NCBI GenBank assembly: GCA_963422375.2
Contig: OY729428.2
Span: 3,040,001-3,104,000, forward strand
Reading direction: 5' to 3'
Length of the DNA: 64,000 nucleotides
Source: Bryobacterales bacterium
GTDB lineage: Bacteria > Acidobacteriota > Terriglobia > Bryobacterales > UBA6623
Below are positions 33,881 to 46,034 of the stretch, piece after piece. The position numbers were made by a program, and so were the translations under genes. Under the pieces are notes generated by a model that had not been told where the DNA came from, did not search any database, and worked only from the letters and a program-made list of their open reading frames with translations. Positions within the stretch are counted from its first letter, which is position 1. Each line of letters starts with the position of its first letter.

Positions 33881-34658
33881 CTAGTCGTCGATAATCGCGA
33901 CAGCGCGAGTCCACCCGGCGGAGGCGCTCTTGACCTTGGCCGCGAAGCAGGCGACCCGGAAGCCGACCGGCGGGAGGGTCTCGAGATTGCCGAGCTTCTC
34001 GAGCTGGCAGTAGCCTCGGATCCGGCCGGCCTTGTGCCCCTCCCAGATGATTGACGGGTCGCGGGTCCGCCCCCAGCGCTCGGCGGTGTGCGGGAACGGG
34101 GCGTCCCAAGACCACGCGTCGGTCCCCACCACGCGCACGCCGCGCAGCGTCAGCCACAGCGTCGCCTCGCGCGCGAAGCCGCATCCCTTGGACAGCTAGT
34201 CGTCCTGTCCGTAGCGGACCCCGGCCGCGGTGTTCGCGACCACGATGTCGAGGGGCCTCAGCTCGTGGCCGATTCGCCTCAGCTCGGCCTCGATTTCGGA
34301 GGAGGCGACGACATGGCCGTCCGCGAGGTGCCGGAAGTCGAGCTTGACGCCCGGCTGGGAAGCACCACTCGAGCGGGATCTCGTCGATGGTGGTCCCGCG
34401 GGCGCCGCCGTCCATGGTGGAGTGGTAGTGCCACGGAGCGTCCATGTGGGTACCGTTATGGGTCGAGATCCTCACATCCTCGACGGCCCAGCCGACGCCG
34501 TCCGGCAGCTGCTCCGGACACAGGCCGGGAAAGATCCGGCAAACTTCCTCCGCCGTCTCGGCGTGGCCCCGGTAGTGGATCTCGGACAGCATGGGTGCCG
34601 GGTCGGAGCGGATCCCGGCTTCTAGTGGAACGGAGATGTCGGCAAGGCGACGCGGCAC
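33881..34658 (-). pseudogene. Cyclase/kynurenine-formamidase family, frameshift plus in-frame TAG
   Basis: DISVPLE, STHNGTHMDAPWHY, GTDAWSWDAPF, WEGHKAG, SAGWTR; +1 nt at 34357-34359; TAG at 34196-34198. Confidence 0.85.
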
Positions 34659-35199
34659 GGCTGGTTTCGAGGCTCCCTCTCGGGCTGGCTCGGGCACCGC
34701 CCAAACTTCGCGACGGCGCGACGCCCATGCGGATTCTATACCGCCGTGGCCTCGCCTACTCGAGGCCACGCTGTCGGCCCGCTTGGCGCAAGGAGAAGGA
34801 GGCCGCCGGAACAGTGGCGGGGCGGACGCAAGCCATCACGCCCCTCTCCGATCTCACATTTCCCGCAAGCGCCGGCGCCAATGCCCCTCATTGCCCGCTG
34901 TGCCAAAATGTTCGTGGATGCCCCGGACCCGCCTCTGCTCCTAGCATGCGCCCGGGGTACAGCCCTTTCCGAGGTTCGTCCAGTCTGGCATTGCTTGGCT
35001 TGGACCGAGAAGACTGACGCGGCTTGTGATCACTGTCTAGCGGATATTCAATGGACACATCAATTGATCGCAACTCGCCGGCGCTGCAGGGCTGGGGAAG
35101 CTCTGCGACGAATTACTAAGCACCGGAGCCAATCAGTTTCTCGAACCCCAGCTACTCCGCCAACCGCTGCTGCAAGACAGTGCCCTTCGACAGCATGGT

Positions 35200-36760
35200 G
35201 GCCACTCGCGGTGGTCCGTTTCTCCGCCCGCGACGGGTACAGCAGTTCGAACTGCCGGATGTCGCTCAGTTCCGCCCAAGCCCGCCCGGCCTCCCGGCGG
35301 AGGAATTGCAGCAGCGATACGCCCAGCTGGCATGGAACGCATGGAAGCGGATCTTGCTGTCCGTCCGGCGGTGCATCGGCCCACAGCCGACCCAGCCCTC
35401 GCCGTTCAGGCCCCGGACCAACTGCTCGACCTGATTCCCCCTGATAGGTCTCCGCCATCTGCCGCGGTGTCCAGTCCAAGCGGTTCGTGACCAGCACCGC
35501 ACGACCGAAGTGCTCGGTCAGCAGGCGCAGGGTGCCCTCCCCGTCCACGCGCCAGGCTACCCGCCAGTGGTCCCCGCGCGCTCTAAGCTACATTGCAGCG
35601 CCTCCCCAAATGGTTCGGGCGCGGGTACGTCTCGATGCGCCTCCGCAGGCCGTCCTCGGTGTGCCGAGCGCCTGGCCGCGCCACCTCGCGCGCCAGCAAC
35701 CGCAGCGAGGCGGTCGACTCCGACTGCGACTAGGCGAGACTGTGCAGCTGCTCGCTGGAGAAGGTTGGACGAGTGCCGCGTCACGGGCAGGTACTCGGCC
35801 CCGTGCCCCTACGCGGTCTCGCCCGTCGCCCGCACACCCGCGCCGATCTCCTCGGCGCCGTCGGGGCCGCGCCCGCGCAGCTGCTCCGGCACTTCGTTCC
35901 AAGGCAATTCCGAGACCCAGCCCAAGCCGTGCCGCTGCAATTCCAGCGTGTTCCGCAGGGCCGCCGAGTCCTTGCCACTAGCCAGCGTCACCGAATCGCG
36001 CGAGATGCTGGCACCGTCCAGAATGCGCCCGATGCACTCCAAGGCCGCCGGCAGATCCCCGCCATCGGCTAGGCCGCCCCGGTACAGGTGGTGGCAGAGG
36101 GCCAGCCCGCAGCCACCGTCCAAGACGTAGCTGATCCCCGCTTGGCGCAGGTCGTTGCGCTTCTGGTTGCTGTGCCCGTTGGGGGAAGCAACCCACGTGT
36201 GAGAGTTTGTCGTGTCGTAGACGAGCACCCGCTCGCCGACCAGCTGGCGGGAACGGAACGCCACCCACAGCGCGGCCTGGCAGCGCTGCAAGTCGTCGCT
36301 GGCCGGCCGGCCGTCGCCCTCGCAGCTCACCTCGATGGTGTCGAAGCGGCCCCAGATGGCCCGCGAGGTGAAGCACTCCGAAGGGAACTTCCACAGCCGC
36401 TGCAGCACGCTGCTCCCGTACCGTGCTGCGATCTCTGTCATAGAGTCCGTCCGGCCGACGCAACGTATAGCGGCTAGGAGCACGTAGTGGGCCAGGGACG
36501 GACTGCCCTGGCGTGCCAGCGGCCGGACCGAGCGCAGGGCTTCGAAGGCGCCGGATCGCTGCGAGGCCACCCACAGGGCGGCCGGGAGGCCGAACTCGAC
36601 CGCGATGGCGCCAAGATGCACGGGGGCGGTCTTGTCCCGGACGAGCGCGGCGATCCGCTCGTCCGTGCCGAGACAACGCTGTTCGACAATGCGGGGCTGG
36701 CCGTCGACGCGCCCGGAAGTAACGGCATAGAAGTAGGTTCGCTTGCCACGCTTCTTGCCG
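35200..36760 (-). pseudogene. IS1634-family transposase remnant (heavily decayed)
   Basis: KKRGKRTYFYAVTSGRVDGQPRIVEQ; EFGLPAALW; VYDTTN..GHSNQKRNDLRQ; FGRAVLVTNRLDWT; PMH..TDSKIR.HAF; several frames; boundaries approximate. Confidence 0.8.
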
Positions 36761-36903
36761 ACGACGGAGGCCTCTGGGGGCGAAAAGGACTCTACGGGAC
36801 GTCCGCCAGCGCGTCACGAGCCAATGCGAAACAGCGTATTGAGTCCAGTACCTTGATGGGCAAGTTGGCCTGCCTGCCGGGGTCGATCGGCTCGCTCCGC
36901 ACT

Positions 36904-38493
36904 CTACCGCTCCGCGCTCGGTCTCGCATGGCCAACTGCGTGCTTGCCGCGGTCCCGCGCCGCGAGCCGTTCCTCCTCACTCAACGTCCGATTGAACGTC
37001 GCGCCGAATCCGTCCACCTGCCTGTAGGCGTATCTCTGCCACGGGTCCTCGCCCCGGATGCGGGGGTCGCCGCCCTCGCGCAAGGCAGCCTCAAGCCGCT
37101 GCCAGAGTTCTTGCCGGACCGCATCGTACGCCGGGTCTCGGGCGAGGTTCTTCATCTGGTGGGGGTCGGCCCTGCAATCGTAGAGTTCCTCTAGTGGGCG
37201 CTTCCCGAATCCGACCTCGAACTGCAGCGGAAAGTCGCGGCGCGTCTCGGGCCGCAGCATGAAGTCCTTGAACGGACCGTCGTCGATGTCGCCGTGCGGG
37301 GCCTTGTTGGACGAAATGAATGCTGGCCCGCCCGTGGGCCAGCGCTCCGGCTCGAAATTGCGTACGTACAGGTAGTCGTGCGTGCGAATCGCGCGCATCG
37401 GGTAGGTGCCGCCGTCCGGCCTGCACCAGGTGTGGCGCTCCATCGCCGTAATCACGTGGTCGCGTCCCGGATCCCCGCGGCCCGCGCCGGATGCCATGAG
37501 CAGGGGCAGGAGGCTGCGGCCGTCATGCATCGGATTCGGCTCGAGACCGGCAACTTCGAGGAACGTCGGGGCTAGGTCGACATGGCTGACGAAGTCCTCC
37601 ACGAGGCGCCCAGCGGGCACCCGATCACCCCAGCGGACAGCCGTCGGCATGCGCGTGCCGCCGTCGTACAGGGTCACCTTCGTCCGGCTGAACGGCATCC
37701 CGTTGTCCGACGTCACCACCACCAAGGTGTTTTCCAGCTCGCCGCTCTTCTCCAGCAGGTCCAGCATGCGCCCGAGGTGGCGGTCGAAATGCTCGATCTC
37801 GTAGTAGTAGTCCAGCAGTTCCGAGCGCACTTCCGGGGCGTCCGGCAAGTAGGGCGGCACCTCGACCTTGGCAGGGTCCAAGCCGCTGCGCGCGCCGATG
37901 CCGGACTCGTAGTCGCGGTGCGGCTCGGTGGCGCCGAAGAAGAAGAAGAACGGGGATCCGGGCGGTCTCGCATCCAAAAAGTCGGCGAAGTTGGCGGCGT
38001 AGTCCCTCATGTCGATCCCGTCCGGGGGATCCGGCTCGAGGCGGTCGGCGTACTCCCTCCCGAGCGGGTGCCTCTCCAAACCGCCGGCCCGCCAATCCCC
38101 GGGCGCCCACGGCTTGCCCACGAAACCCACGTGGTAGCCCGAGTCCTCGAGGAGATGCGTGAACAGCGGGTACTCGGGGGGCAGCGTGCCGTAGAGCACG
38201 CCGGCCTCGCCGATCCGCCAGATCGGCCGACCGGTCAGCAGGGAGGATCGAGACGGCGTGCAGGACGGGCAGGCGGTGTAGGAATGCTCGAGGATCACGC
38301 CTTCCCGGGCGACGCGGTCGAACGCGTGCGTCCTGACGACCGGATCGCCGAGGATCGAGGCGTGCGGGTACGACTGGTCGTCGGAATAGGCCAGCAGGAT
38401 GTTGGGCCGCCGACCTGCCGACCGCGGTCCGCAGGCGGCCGCGCCGCCTGCGAGGGAACCCGCCAGCAGTTCCCGCCTAGTGATATTGCTCAC
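36904..38493 (-). CDS. Sulfatase (FGly-type), Tat signal
   Basis: TRRELL, RPNILL..SDDQ, CTPSRSSLLTG, TSDNG. Confidence 0.95.
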   Translation of the reverse strand: MSNITRRELLAGSLAGGAAACGPRSAGRRPNILLAYSDDQSYPHASILGDPVVRTHAFDRVAREGVILEHSYTACPSCTPSRSSLLTGRPIWRIGEAGVLYGTLPPEYPLFTHLLEDSGYHVGFVGKPWAPGDWRAGGLERHPLGREYADRLEPDPPDGIDMRDYAANFADFLDARPPGSPFFFFFGATEPHRDYESGIGARSGLDPAKVEVPPYLPDAPEVRSELLDYYYEIEHFDRHLGRMLDLLEKSGELENTLVVVTSDNGMPFSRTKVTLYDGGTRMPTAVRWGDRVPAGRLVEDFVSHVDLAPTFLEVAGLEPNPMHDGRSLLPLLMASGAGRGDPGRDHVITAMERHTWCRPDGGTYPMRAIRTHDYLYVRNFEPERWPTGGPAFISSNKAPHGDIDDGPFKDFMLRPETRRDFPLQFEVGFGKRPLEELYDCRADPHQMKNLARDPAYDAVRQELWQRLEAALREGGDPRIRGEDPWQRYAYRQVDGFGATFNRTLSEEERLAARDRGKHAVGHARPSAER

Positions 38494-38496
38494 GAA

Positions 38497-39360
38497 CTAG
38501 CCTCCGTTCCGGGCCGGGCCGACGGCCGAGAGGATCGAGTCCTTGCTGCGGACCCCCTCCGAGCTGCGCGCCGGAAGCTTGTCCATGACGGCCGGGTAGG
38601 GATAGTGCAGGCCGAGCAGATCCTGCATCGGCTGTCCGTAACCAAGCGCCTCCTCGCGGTCGATGCACCGGCTCCAGTCCTCGATCGGCTTGATCGACTT
38701 CACCGTGTACGAGCCCAGCACGGCCGCGCGCGACGAGTCCGAGCGATTCGCCTGGCCGGCGTGCCACAGCAGCGCCGGAAACAGGAGCAAACTGCCGGGA
38801 CGCATCGTCGCGCGAATGCGGCGCTGCTCGAATTCCTCCGGAGTCGGCCAGCGGGCGAGCTTCTGGCTCTCGGGCGCGATGGCCGTGGCGCCATTCTCCA
38901 CCGTGAACTCGTCGAGGGGCACGACCGACTCGACGGCGAGGTGATAGCTGGCGTTGAGCGACCGAGGCCACCGGTTCCTAGCATGCAGGTCCCAGTACGG
39001 ATAATCCACGTGCGGCTCCTGCGCCTGCGCGCCGGAGTGGAGGACGTTCGCAGCGAAGGAACTCAGCATTAGGTCGTCCCCTAGGATCGGGCGCATGATC
39101 GCGAGCAGCCGCTCGTCGCTGCACAGCTCGCGGAACGCGGCGCCCTTGGCCGGCAGGTTCCAGACGCGGGACTGGGCGGCGTTCACCTCGTCGCCGTAGA
39201 AGTGCGAGGTCCGGTCGGGCTCCTCCTGCACGAGGCGGTAGATCCGTTCCCGGGCCGCGGCTACCAGGCGGGCCGGATAGAAGTCTTCCAGCAGCAGGTA
39301 CCCCCGCCCATTGCACAACTCTTCGACCGCAGACTCGATATCCGGGACGCCCGCGCCCAT
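38497..39360 (-). CDS. Phytanoyl-CoA dioxygenase (PhyH) family Fe(II)/2OG oxygenase
   Basis: HVD facial motif, LDEFTVENGAT, LWHAGQAN..R; ATG at 39360. Confidence 0.88.
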   Translation of the reverse strand: MGAGVPDIESAVEELCNGRGYLLLEDFYPARLVAAARERIYRLVQEEPDRTSHFYGDEVNAAQSRVWNLPAKGAAFRELCSDERLLAIMRPILGDDLMLSSFAANVLHSGAQAQEPHVDYPYWDLHARNRWPRSLNASYHLAVESVVPLDEFTVENGATAIAPESQKLARWPTPEEFEQRRIRATMRPGSLLLFPALLWHAGQANRSDSSRAAVLGSYTVKSIKPIEDWSRCIDREEALGYGQPMQDLLGLHYPYPAVMDKLPARSSEGVRSKDSILSAVGPARNGG

Positions 39361-39393
39361 GCGGTTAGGATAACGAGTTAACCGGGGGACCGA

Positions 39394-40437
39394 TTGAGCC
39401 ACGTACGCATCGCGCTGCTGCCCGGGGACGGGATCGGACCGGAAGTGACCGGCGCCGCCGTGAGGATCCTGCAGGCCGTCGAGGCCTGCTCGGACGACCT
39501 TGTCTTCCGATTCGAAGAGCACTCCGCGGGAGCGGGGGAATACCTGCGGACAGGCGACCCGCTGCCGGCGGTGACGCTCGCCCGCATGCGCGAATGCGAC
39601 GCGACGCTGCTCGGGGCGATGGGCCTCCCGCATGTCCGCTGGCCCGACGGGACCGAGATGGCTCCGCAAATCGACATCCGCGAGGCGCTGGACCTGTACC
39701 AGGGAATCCGGCCGGTCCGCCTCTACGAGGAGTCGCTGACGCCCCTCAAGGGCATGGCGGCCGGGGCCATCGACCTAGTGATCTTCCGGGAGAACACGGA
39801 GGGGCTGTTCTGGGAGCGCAAGCGGCCGCGCGAGCCCGGCGCGGACGCTGTCGAGAACGCGATGCGAGTCACCCGCGCCAGCACGGAGCGGATCGTGAGA
39901 GCGGCCTTCCATGCCGCGGAGTGCAGGCGGCGCAAGGTCACCCTAGTGGACAAGGCCAACGTGCTTCCGGCGATGGCGTTCTTCCGCGAGATCTTCGACG
40001 GGGTCGCCGCGGACTTCCTGCGGACCGAAACCGAGCGGATTTACGTAGACGCGGCCGCGCTGTACATCGTGCGGGATCCCGAGCGGTTCGACGTGATTGT
40101 CACGGAGAACATGTTCGGCGACATCCTCTCGGACCTGACCGCGGGCATCGTAGGGGGCATGGGCATGGCGCCGTCCGCGGACATCGGCGACCGCCACGCC
40201 GTGTTCCAGCCGGCGCACGGAAGCGCTCCGGACATCGCCGGCCAAGGGATCGCGAACCCAACCGCCGCGATCCTGTCCGCGGCCATGATGCTGGACTGGC
40301 TGGGACTGGGGGCCTACGGGAGCGCGATCCGGACCGCGGTCGAGGCGGCCTTGCGAGACCCCGCCTGTCGGACACGGGACCTCGGCGGCAACCTGAGCTG
40401 CTCGCAGATGACCGAAGCGATCCTAGGTGGACTGTAG
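39394..40437 (+). CDS. Isocitrate/isopropylmalate dehydrogenase family (LeuB/tartrate DH-like)
   Basis: PGDGIGPEV, RENTEG, DKANV, ENMFGDILSD, HGSAPDIAG. Confidence 0.93.
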   Translation: MSHVRIALLPGDGIGPEVTGAAVRILQAVEACSDDLVFRFEEHSAGAGEYLRTGDPLPAVTLARMRECDATLLGAMGLPHVRWPDGTEMAPQIDIREALDLYQGIRPVRLYEESLTPLKGMAAGAIDLVIFRENTEGLFWERKRPREPGADAVENAMRVTRASTERIVRAAFHAAECRRRKVTLVDKANVLPAMAFFREIFDGVAADFLRTETERIYVDAAALYIVRDPERFDVIVTENMFGDILSDLTAGIVGGMGMAPSADIGDRHAVFQPAHGSAPDIAGQGIANPTAAILSAAMMLDWLGLGAYGSAIRTAVEAALRDPACRTRDLGGNLSCSQMTEAILGGL

Positions 40438-40454
40438 CGGCGAGACTCGCCCCG

Positions 40455-40847
40455 TCAGTCGGACCAGGCCGCGGGCCTTTCCAGTGGCTCGGGGAGAACG
40501 GTGGTCCCGTCCCCGCGGGCCCGCCCGAGCTGCTCCGAGGTGAGGTCCTCGGCGGTCCGGATGTCCGCACCCCGCAGGTCGGTGTTGGCTATGTCGACTC
40601 CGATCATGCGGGCTCCGACCAAGTTGGCGTCGCGCAAGTCGGCCCCGCGCAAGTCGGCGCCAATCAGGTTCGCCATGACGAACGTCGCGCCGCGCAGATC
40701 CGCGTCACGCAGGTCGGTCAGACTCAGGTCCGAGTTGGAGAGATCCGCCTCGCGCAGGTCGACCAGCACGCCGGGGTTGTTCCGGCGCCACAGGTTCCAA
40801 CCGTCCGTGTCGTTCTTCAACATGCACAGCTGGAGTTGGTCCGCCAC
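40455..40847 (-). CDS. Pentapeptide repeat protein
   Basis: WNLWR..N followed by A(D/N)LxX repeats. Confidence 0.9.
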   Translation of the reverse strand: MADQLQLCMLKNDTDGWNLWRRNNPGVLVDLREADLSNSDLSLTDLRDADLRGATFVMANLIGADLRGADLRDANLVGARMIGVDIANTDLRGADIRTAEDLTSEQLGRARGDGTTVLPEPLERPAAWSD

Positions 40848-41014
40848 TGCTCGACCGCTCCATTCGGCGCGCCCGCCCCGGGGAGGCGCGCTCCCTTTCG
40901 GTGCAGTCCATTAGACCAGATTCGGCCGGCCCGAAAAATGCCCGGGCCGCGAGAAATCGCCCCTGAGGGGCTACAATAAGTCCGTCCGCCATCGGACGCT
41001 CGGAGGGACAGGGC

Positions 41015-41488
41015 ATGATCCGCACCGTATCGATGATCGCCGTCATCCTGGCCGCCGGATGCGGGGGCCCCGGGGAACAGCCCGCGGCGGAACCGGTCAG
41101 GAAGGCGGCACCGGCCGAGCAAGTCCGGGACGAAACGCATCGCTTCCACAAGGAGGGGCTGGTCGAGGCGAGGGTCGTCGAGAGCAGCCTAGGGGGCAAG
41201 GACTTCATGCCGGGCGGGAACTTCGCCGTTTACGAGCGTAACGGCAAGAGGCACGAAGTGTTCTTCGCGCTGCGACGCGACAACGAGCAGGCGACGTTCC
41301 TAGTCATGGACTACCGGACTATCCTCGCGGATCACAAGTTCATCGCCCACTTCGGAGGATTCTACGGAATGGACGGAGAGACGCCGACGCTAGTGTTCCA
41401 GAAGAACAGGTACGTGGTTGTCGTCGCGGGCCTGGAACTGGAAGAGGCCGATCACGCGGGCCGCTTGATCGCCGGCTACCTGAACTGA
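41015..41488 (+). CDS. Hypothetical lipoprotein
   Basis: Lipobox LAAGC, RBS ggaggg, host-like codon usage. Confidence 0.75.
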   Translation: MIRTVSMIAVILAAGCGGPGEQPAAEPVRKAAPAEQVRDETHRFHKEGLVEARVVESSLGGKDFMPGGNFAVYERNGKRHEVFFALRRDNEQATFLVMDYRTILADHKFIAHFGGFYGMDGETPTLVFQKNRYVVVVAGLELEEADHAGRLIAGYLN

Positions 41489-41630
41489 GGCGTCATCCCG
41501 AGGTCGGCTGCAGGCCGCACCGACCGCGCGTATTCCCGGCGCACGACAGCTGCATCACCGGTGGCGATTCCGCGCGACTTCGAGGCCCGGCCAGGCCCCT
41601 CGCGGTGCGCTCCGTAGTATATTGTCAGCG

Positions 41631-44104
41631 ATGCTTCGAAGGGCCGCCGTCCTTGGCGTTCTCCTCGCCACGCCGTCGCTGACAGCCCAGAGCGACTCGT
41701 TCCGCTTTTTCGAGGAGAGGATCCGTCCGCTGCTCGCGACGCGCTGCCAGGCGTGCCACGGCGAGCAGGTCAAGACCAGCGGTCTCTCGCTCGCGTCCCG
41801 GGAAGCGGCGCTGCAGGGCGGTGCGAGGGGCCCGGCGGTCGTGCCGGGCAGCCCGCAAGACAGCGTCTTGCTGGCGGCCATCGAGAGGTCCGGCGCCTTG
41901 CAGATGCCTCCGACGGGCCCTCTGGAGGCGCATGAGGTGGAGGCGATCCGCCAGTGGATCCGCGACGGCGCCGCGTGGGGCGAGAGCAGCTCCGATCCCG
42001 TCGGCGCCGAGGCGCTCTGGTCGCTCCGCGCCGTAGAGCGGCCCGAGCCGCCGCCCGTGCGGGACCCGAGTCGAGCGGCCAACGCCATCGATCGATTCGT
42101 GCTGGCGCGGCTCGACGAGGCTGGCTTGAAGTCCTCGCCTGAAGCGGACCGTCGAACGCTCGTCCGCCGGGCTAGCTTGGATCTGACGGGCCTGCTCCCG
42201 ACGCCCGAGGAGGTTCGCACGTTCGCGGGCGACACGGAGCCCGGCGCGTACAGCCGGCTGGTGGAGCGCCTGCTCGAGTCGCCGCATTACGGCGAGCGCT
42301 GGGGCCGGCACTGGCTCGACATCGCGCGCTACGCCGACACGAACGGCTACTCGATCGACGGGTCGAGATCGATCTGGCGCTACCGCGACTGGGTCATCAA
42401 GGCGCTGAACGACAACATGCCGTTCGACCGGTTCGTCGTGGAGCAGGTCGCGGGCGACCTGCTGCCCGAGCCCACCGAGGACCAGCTCGTGGCGACTGGA
42501 TTCCATCGCAACACGATGATTAACCAGGAAGGCGGAATCGACTTCGAGCAGTACCGGGTCGAGGCGGTGGTCGACCGAGTCCGGACCACCGGCGCGGCCT
42601 TCCTCGGCCTGACTCTGGCGTGCGCACGGTGCCACGACCACAAATTCGACCCCATCACCCAGCGCGAGTTCTTCGGGCTGTTCGCCTTCTTCAATAACGT
42701 TGACGAGCTGGGCGGCAACCTCGAGGAGCGCGTGGGACGCTCGCGCATGATGGAGCCGCTTCTAGAGTTCGGCGAGCCGCAGGTGCTGGCCGAGCGGGAC
42801 CGGCTGAAAGAGGAGATCCGGCGACTCGAGGGCGAGCTGGACGAGCTGGCAAGTCCTTGGAGGCCGACTGGGAGGAGCGATTCGCTCCCAGCGACACCCC
42901 CGACATCGAGCGCGCCCGCGAAATCATCCGGGTTCCCGCCGCCGAGCGGTCTTCCATTCAGGACGCGGTGCTCCGCCGCGTGTTCTCGAAGCACGTCGAG
43001 GAGTTCAACGCCAAGCAGGGCGAGATTGCCAAGACCAGCAAGAGCCTGCCGAAAATCGAATGGACGATGGTCATGCGCGACCTGCCGGAGCCGAGACCGT
43101 CGTACATCCACGTCCAGGGCGATTTCACTCGGCAGGGTGACGCGGTGGAGCCGGGCACGCCGCGAGTGCTCCCTCCCCTGCCCGCCGAAGCCCCCCGCAA
43201 CAGGCTCGGGCTGGCCCGTTGGCTGGTGTCGGACGACAACCCTCTCACGCCCCGCGTCACCATGAACCGCGTCTGGCAGCGCTACTTCGGGCGCGGCCTA
43301 GTCGAGACGGAGAACGATTTCGGATCCCAAGGCTCGGCACCCAGCCACCCGCAACTGCTGGACTGGCTGGCGTCGGAATTCGTCCTCCGGGACTGGAATC
43401 TGAAGGAAATGCACCGGCTGATCCTGCATTCCGCCACCTACCGGCAGGCGTCCGCCTACCGCGCCGACACGGCAGAGGTCGATCCGAGCAACCGCCTGCT
43501 GGCCCGCCAGAACCGCGTCCGGCTCGAGGCGGAGGTGATCCGAGACGTCGCCCTGTCGGCCTCCGGCCTGCTCTCACCGGTCATCGGCGGCCCGAGCGTG
43601 TACCCGCCGCAGCCCGCAGGCGCGGGCCAGTTCACCCAAGTGGACCGGAACTGGAAGGCCGACGAGGGGCCGGACCGCTTCCGACGCGGCATGTACACCT
43701 ATTTCAGCCGCTCGGCCGCGCATCCAGGCCTGGTGCTGTTCGACGCGCCCATCGCGCAGGAGAGCGTGACCCGTCGCAACCGCTCCAACACCCCGCTGCA
43801 GGCGCTGACGCTGCTGAACGACGAGTCGCAGTCCGAGTTCGCCGCCGGCTTGGCCCAGCGCGTGCGCGCCCAGGCCAGCGACCGGGACGCACGGATCCGG
43901 CACCTGTTCGAGGTTTGCCTGGCGAGACCCCCGCGAGCGCCCGAGAGAGAGCGGCTGGCCGCGTTCCTCGGGAGGATGGCGGACGAGTTCGAGACCGACG
44001 CGGGCGCCCGGGAGGCTCTGGGCGCGGAGACTTCCGAGGGCGCGGCTTGGATGGCTGCCGCGCGCGTGATGATCAATCTGGACGAGTTCGTGACCCGCCA
44101 GTAG
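41631..44104 (+). pseudogene. Planctomycete cytochrome c / PSD1 (DUF1549+DUF1553) protein with one frameshift (real or sequencing error)
   Basis: CQACH, YGERWGRHWLDIARYAD, CARCHDHKFDP, PSHPQLLDWLA, NTPLQAL; -1 nt near 42848-42850 (gca agt vs expected gcc aag). Confidence 0.85.
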
Positions 44105-44123
44105 AGCCGCCCAGGAGGCAACC

Positions 44124-45560
44124 GTGAACCTCAAGCGCACCATGCTGGCCCAGCGCACTAGGCGCCAGCTCTTCGAGGACTGCGGGGTGGGCGTGGGAAA
44201 GGTCGCGCTCACCTCGCTCTTCGTCGGAGACTCGCTGTACGGTGCTTCGTCCGGCGGGGCCCGCGGGACCCATCACCAGCCGCGGGCCAAGAGCGTCATC
44301 TACCTCTTCATGGCTGGCGCTCCCAGCCAGTTCGAGCTGTTCGAGCCCAAGGAGGAACTGCAGAAGCTCAGCGGCCAGACCTTGCCGCCGTCGCTGCTCG
44401 AAGGCAAGCGCTTCGCCTTCATGGAGTCGTTCGTCAGGAAGCCGCCGAAGCTCCTGGGCACGCGCCGCAAGTTCGCGCGTCACGGGGAATCGGGCCGGTG
44501 GGTCTCGGAGTGCCTTCCCCATACGGCTCAGATCGTGGACGACGTCACGTTCGTGCGGTCCGTCCACACGGAGAACTTCAACCACGCGCCGGCCAAGATC
44601 TTCATGAATACCGGGACGCCGTTCTTCGGCCGCCCGAGCATGGGAGCCTGGGTGAGCTACGGCATCGGCAGCGAGGCCAAGGACATGCCGAACTTCGTCG
44701 TCCTGCAGTCCGGGCCACGCGGCCCGCGCGGGGGGGCGATGAACTGGACCAGCGGATTCCTGCCGACGGCGCACCAAGGCATCCCGTTTCTGAGCGGCGG
44801 GGCGCCGATTCTGAACATGAGCAGCCCGCCGGGCTACGAAAGCGGCCGCCAAGCCGCTACGGTAGACGCGATCCTCGATCTGAACCGGATGAACATGGAA
44901 ATGGCCGGTGATCCGGAGATCTCAACCCGCATCGCGGCCTACGAGATGGCGCACAGCATGCAAACGAGCGGGCCCGAGCTGATCGATTTCTCGACGGAGA
45001 GCCAGTCCACTCTGGATCTGTACGGCGCCAAGCAAGGCGAGAAGTCATTCGCGAACAACTGCCTGCTGGCTCGGCGGCTAGTCGAGCGCGGGGTGAGGTT
45101 CGTGCAGCTCTACCACTCGAGCTGGGACCACCACGGAGGCCCGGGCGAGACACTCGACAAGGACCTGGACGAGGTATGCCTGTCGGCGGACCAGGCATGC
45201 AAGGCGCTGATCATGGATCTGAAGCAGCGCGGGATGCTCGAGGACACGCTGGTGGTCTGGGGCGGGGAGTTCGGCCGCACCCCGATGGGGGAGGTCCGGG
45301 ACACCGTGGGCAGGAACCACCACATCGACGCGTTCACGATGTGGTTCGCGGGCGGCGGCACCAAGCCGGGGCAGAACATCGGCGAGACCGACGAGATCGG
45401 CTTCTCGACCGTTAAGGATCCGGTCCACGTCCACGACATCCAAGCCACGATCCTGCACCTGCTGGGCATCGACCACACGAAGCTGACATTCCGGTTCCGG
45501 GGGCGGGACTTCCGGCTGACGGACGTGGGCGGCAACGTCATAGACAAGCTGCTGGCCTAG
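44124..45560 (+). CDS. DUF1501 protein (Tat-like signal)
   Basis: [56 protein letters not shown]. Confidence 0.93.
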   Translation: MNLKRTMLAQRTRRQLFEDCGVGVGKVALTSLFVGDSLYGASSGGARGTHHQPRAKSVIYLFMAGAPSQFELFEPKEELQKLSGQTLPPSLLEGKRFAFMESFVRKPPKLLGTRRKFARHGESGRWVSECLPHTAQIVDDVTFVRSVHTENFNHAPAKIFMNTGTPFFGRPSMGAWVSYGIGSEAKDMPNFVVLQSGPRGPRGGAMNWTSGFLPTAHQGIPFLSGGAPILNMSSPPGYESGRQAATVDAILDLNRMNMEMAGDPEISTRIAAYEMAHSMQTSGPELIDFSTESQSTLDLYGAKQGEKSFANNCLLARRLVERGVRFVQLYHSSWDHHGGPGETLDKDLDEVCLSADQACKALIMDLKQRGMLEDTLVVWGGEFGRTPMGEVRDTVGRNHHIDAFTMWFAGGGTKPGQNIGETDEIGFSTVKDPVHVHDIQATILHLLGIDHTKLTFRFRGRDFRLTDVGGNVIDKLLA

Positions 45561-46034
45561 CGTTCCGTTCCGGCCCCGCTTAGCGACGAGCCACTCTCGG
45601 GCGGCGACGGGGAGGTCCGCTGCCCGGAAGACCGCCCCTCAATGGACCGAAGGAGCGTCGCAATCCCTCTAGCGGTCTCGGCGGATGTGCCTCATTGGTC
45701 CACGGGGCCAGCCGCGGGGGATTCCGCTTGCGGCTGGTACCGAAGCACTCGAGCGCATCCTAGCGACTCCGTGCTGTCGTGATCGCAAGCGCGTAGACAG
45801 GCCACGAGTGGATTCGACTGGTCGCGAAGACGACGGTCGAACGCTTCCCTGCGGCCATCACCCCCAACTGGATAAATGACAGCCATGCAAGCGGCAATTT
45901 AATCAGCTCTTGGAAGAATTGGATTGGAGCGATTCAATTGGGATTGAAGCAGAGTGTGACATGCCAGTGGATTTCATCAGGGATCCATTCCAACAAGAAG
46001 AGTAACAGGAAGATGCAGCTCCTGCGCTTAATAA

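Noticed and set aside
39361..39669. Long N-terminus of the PhyH ORF
   Set aside because: Overlaps the divergent dehydrogenase gene; ATG at 39360 fits better
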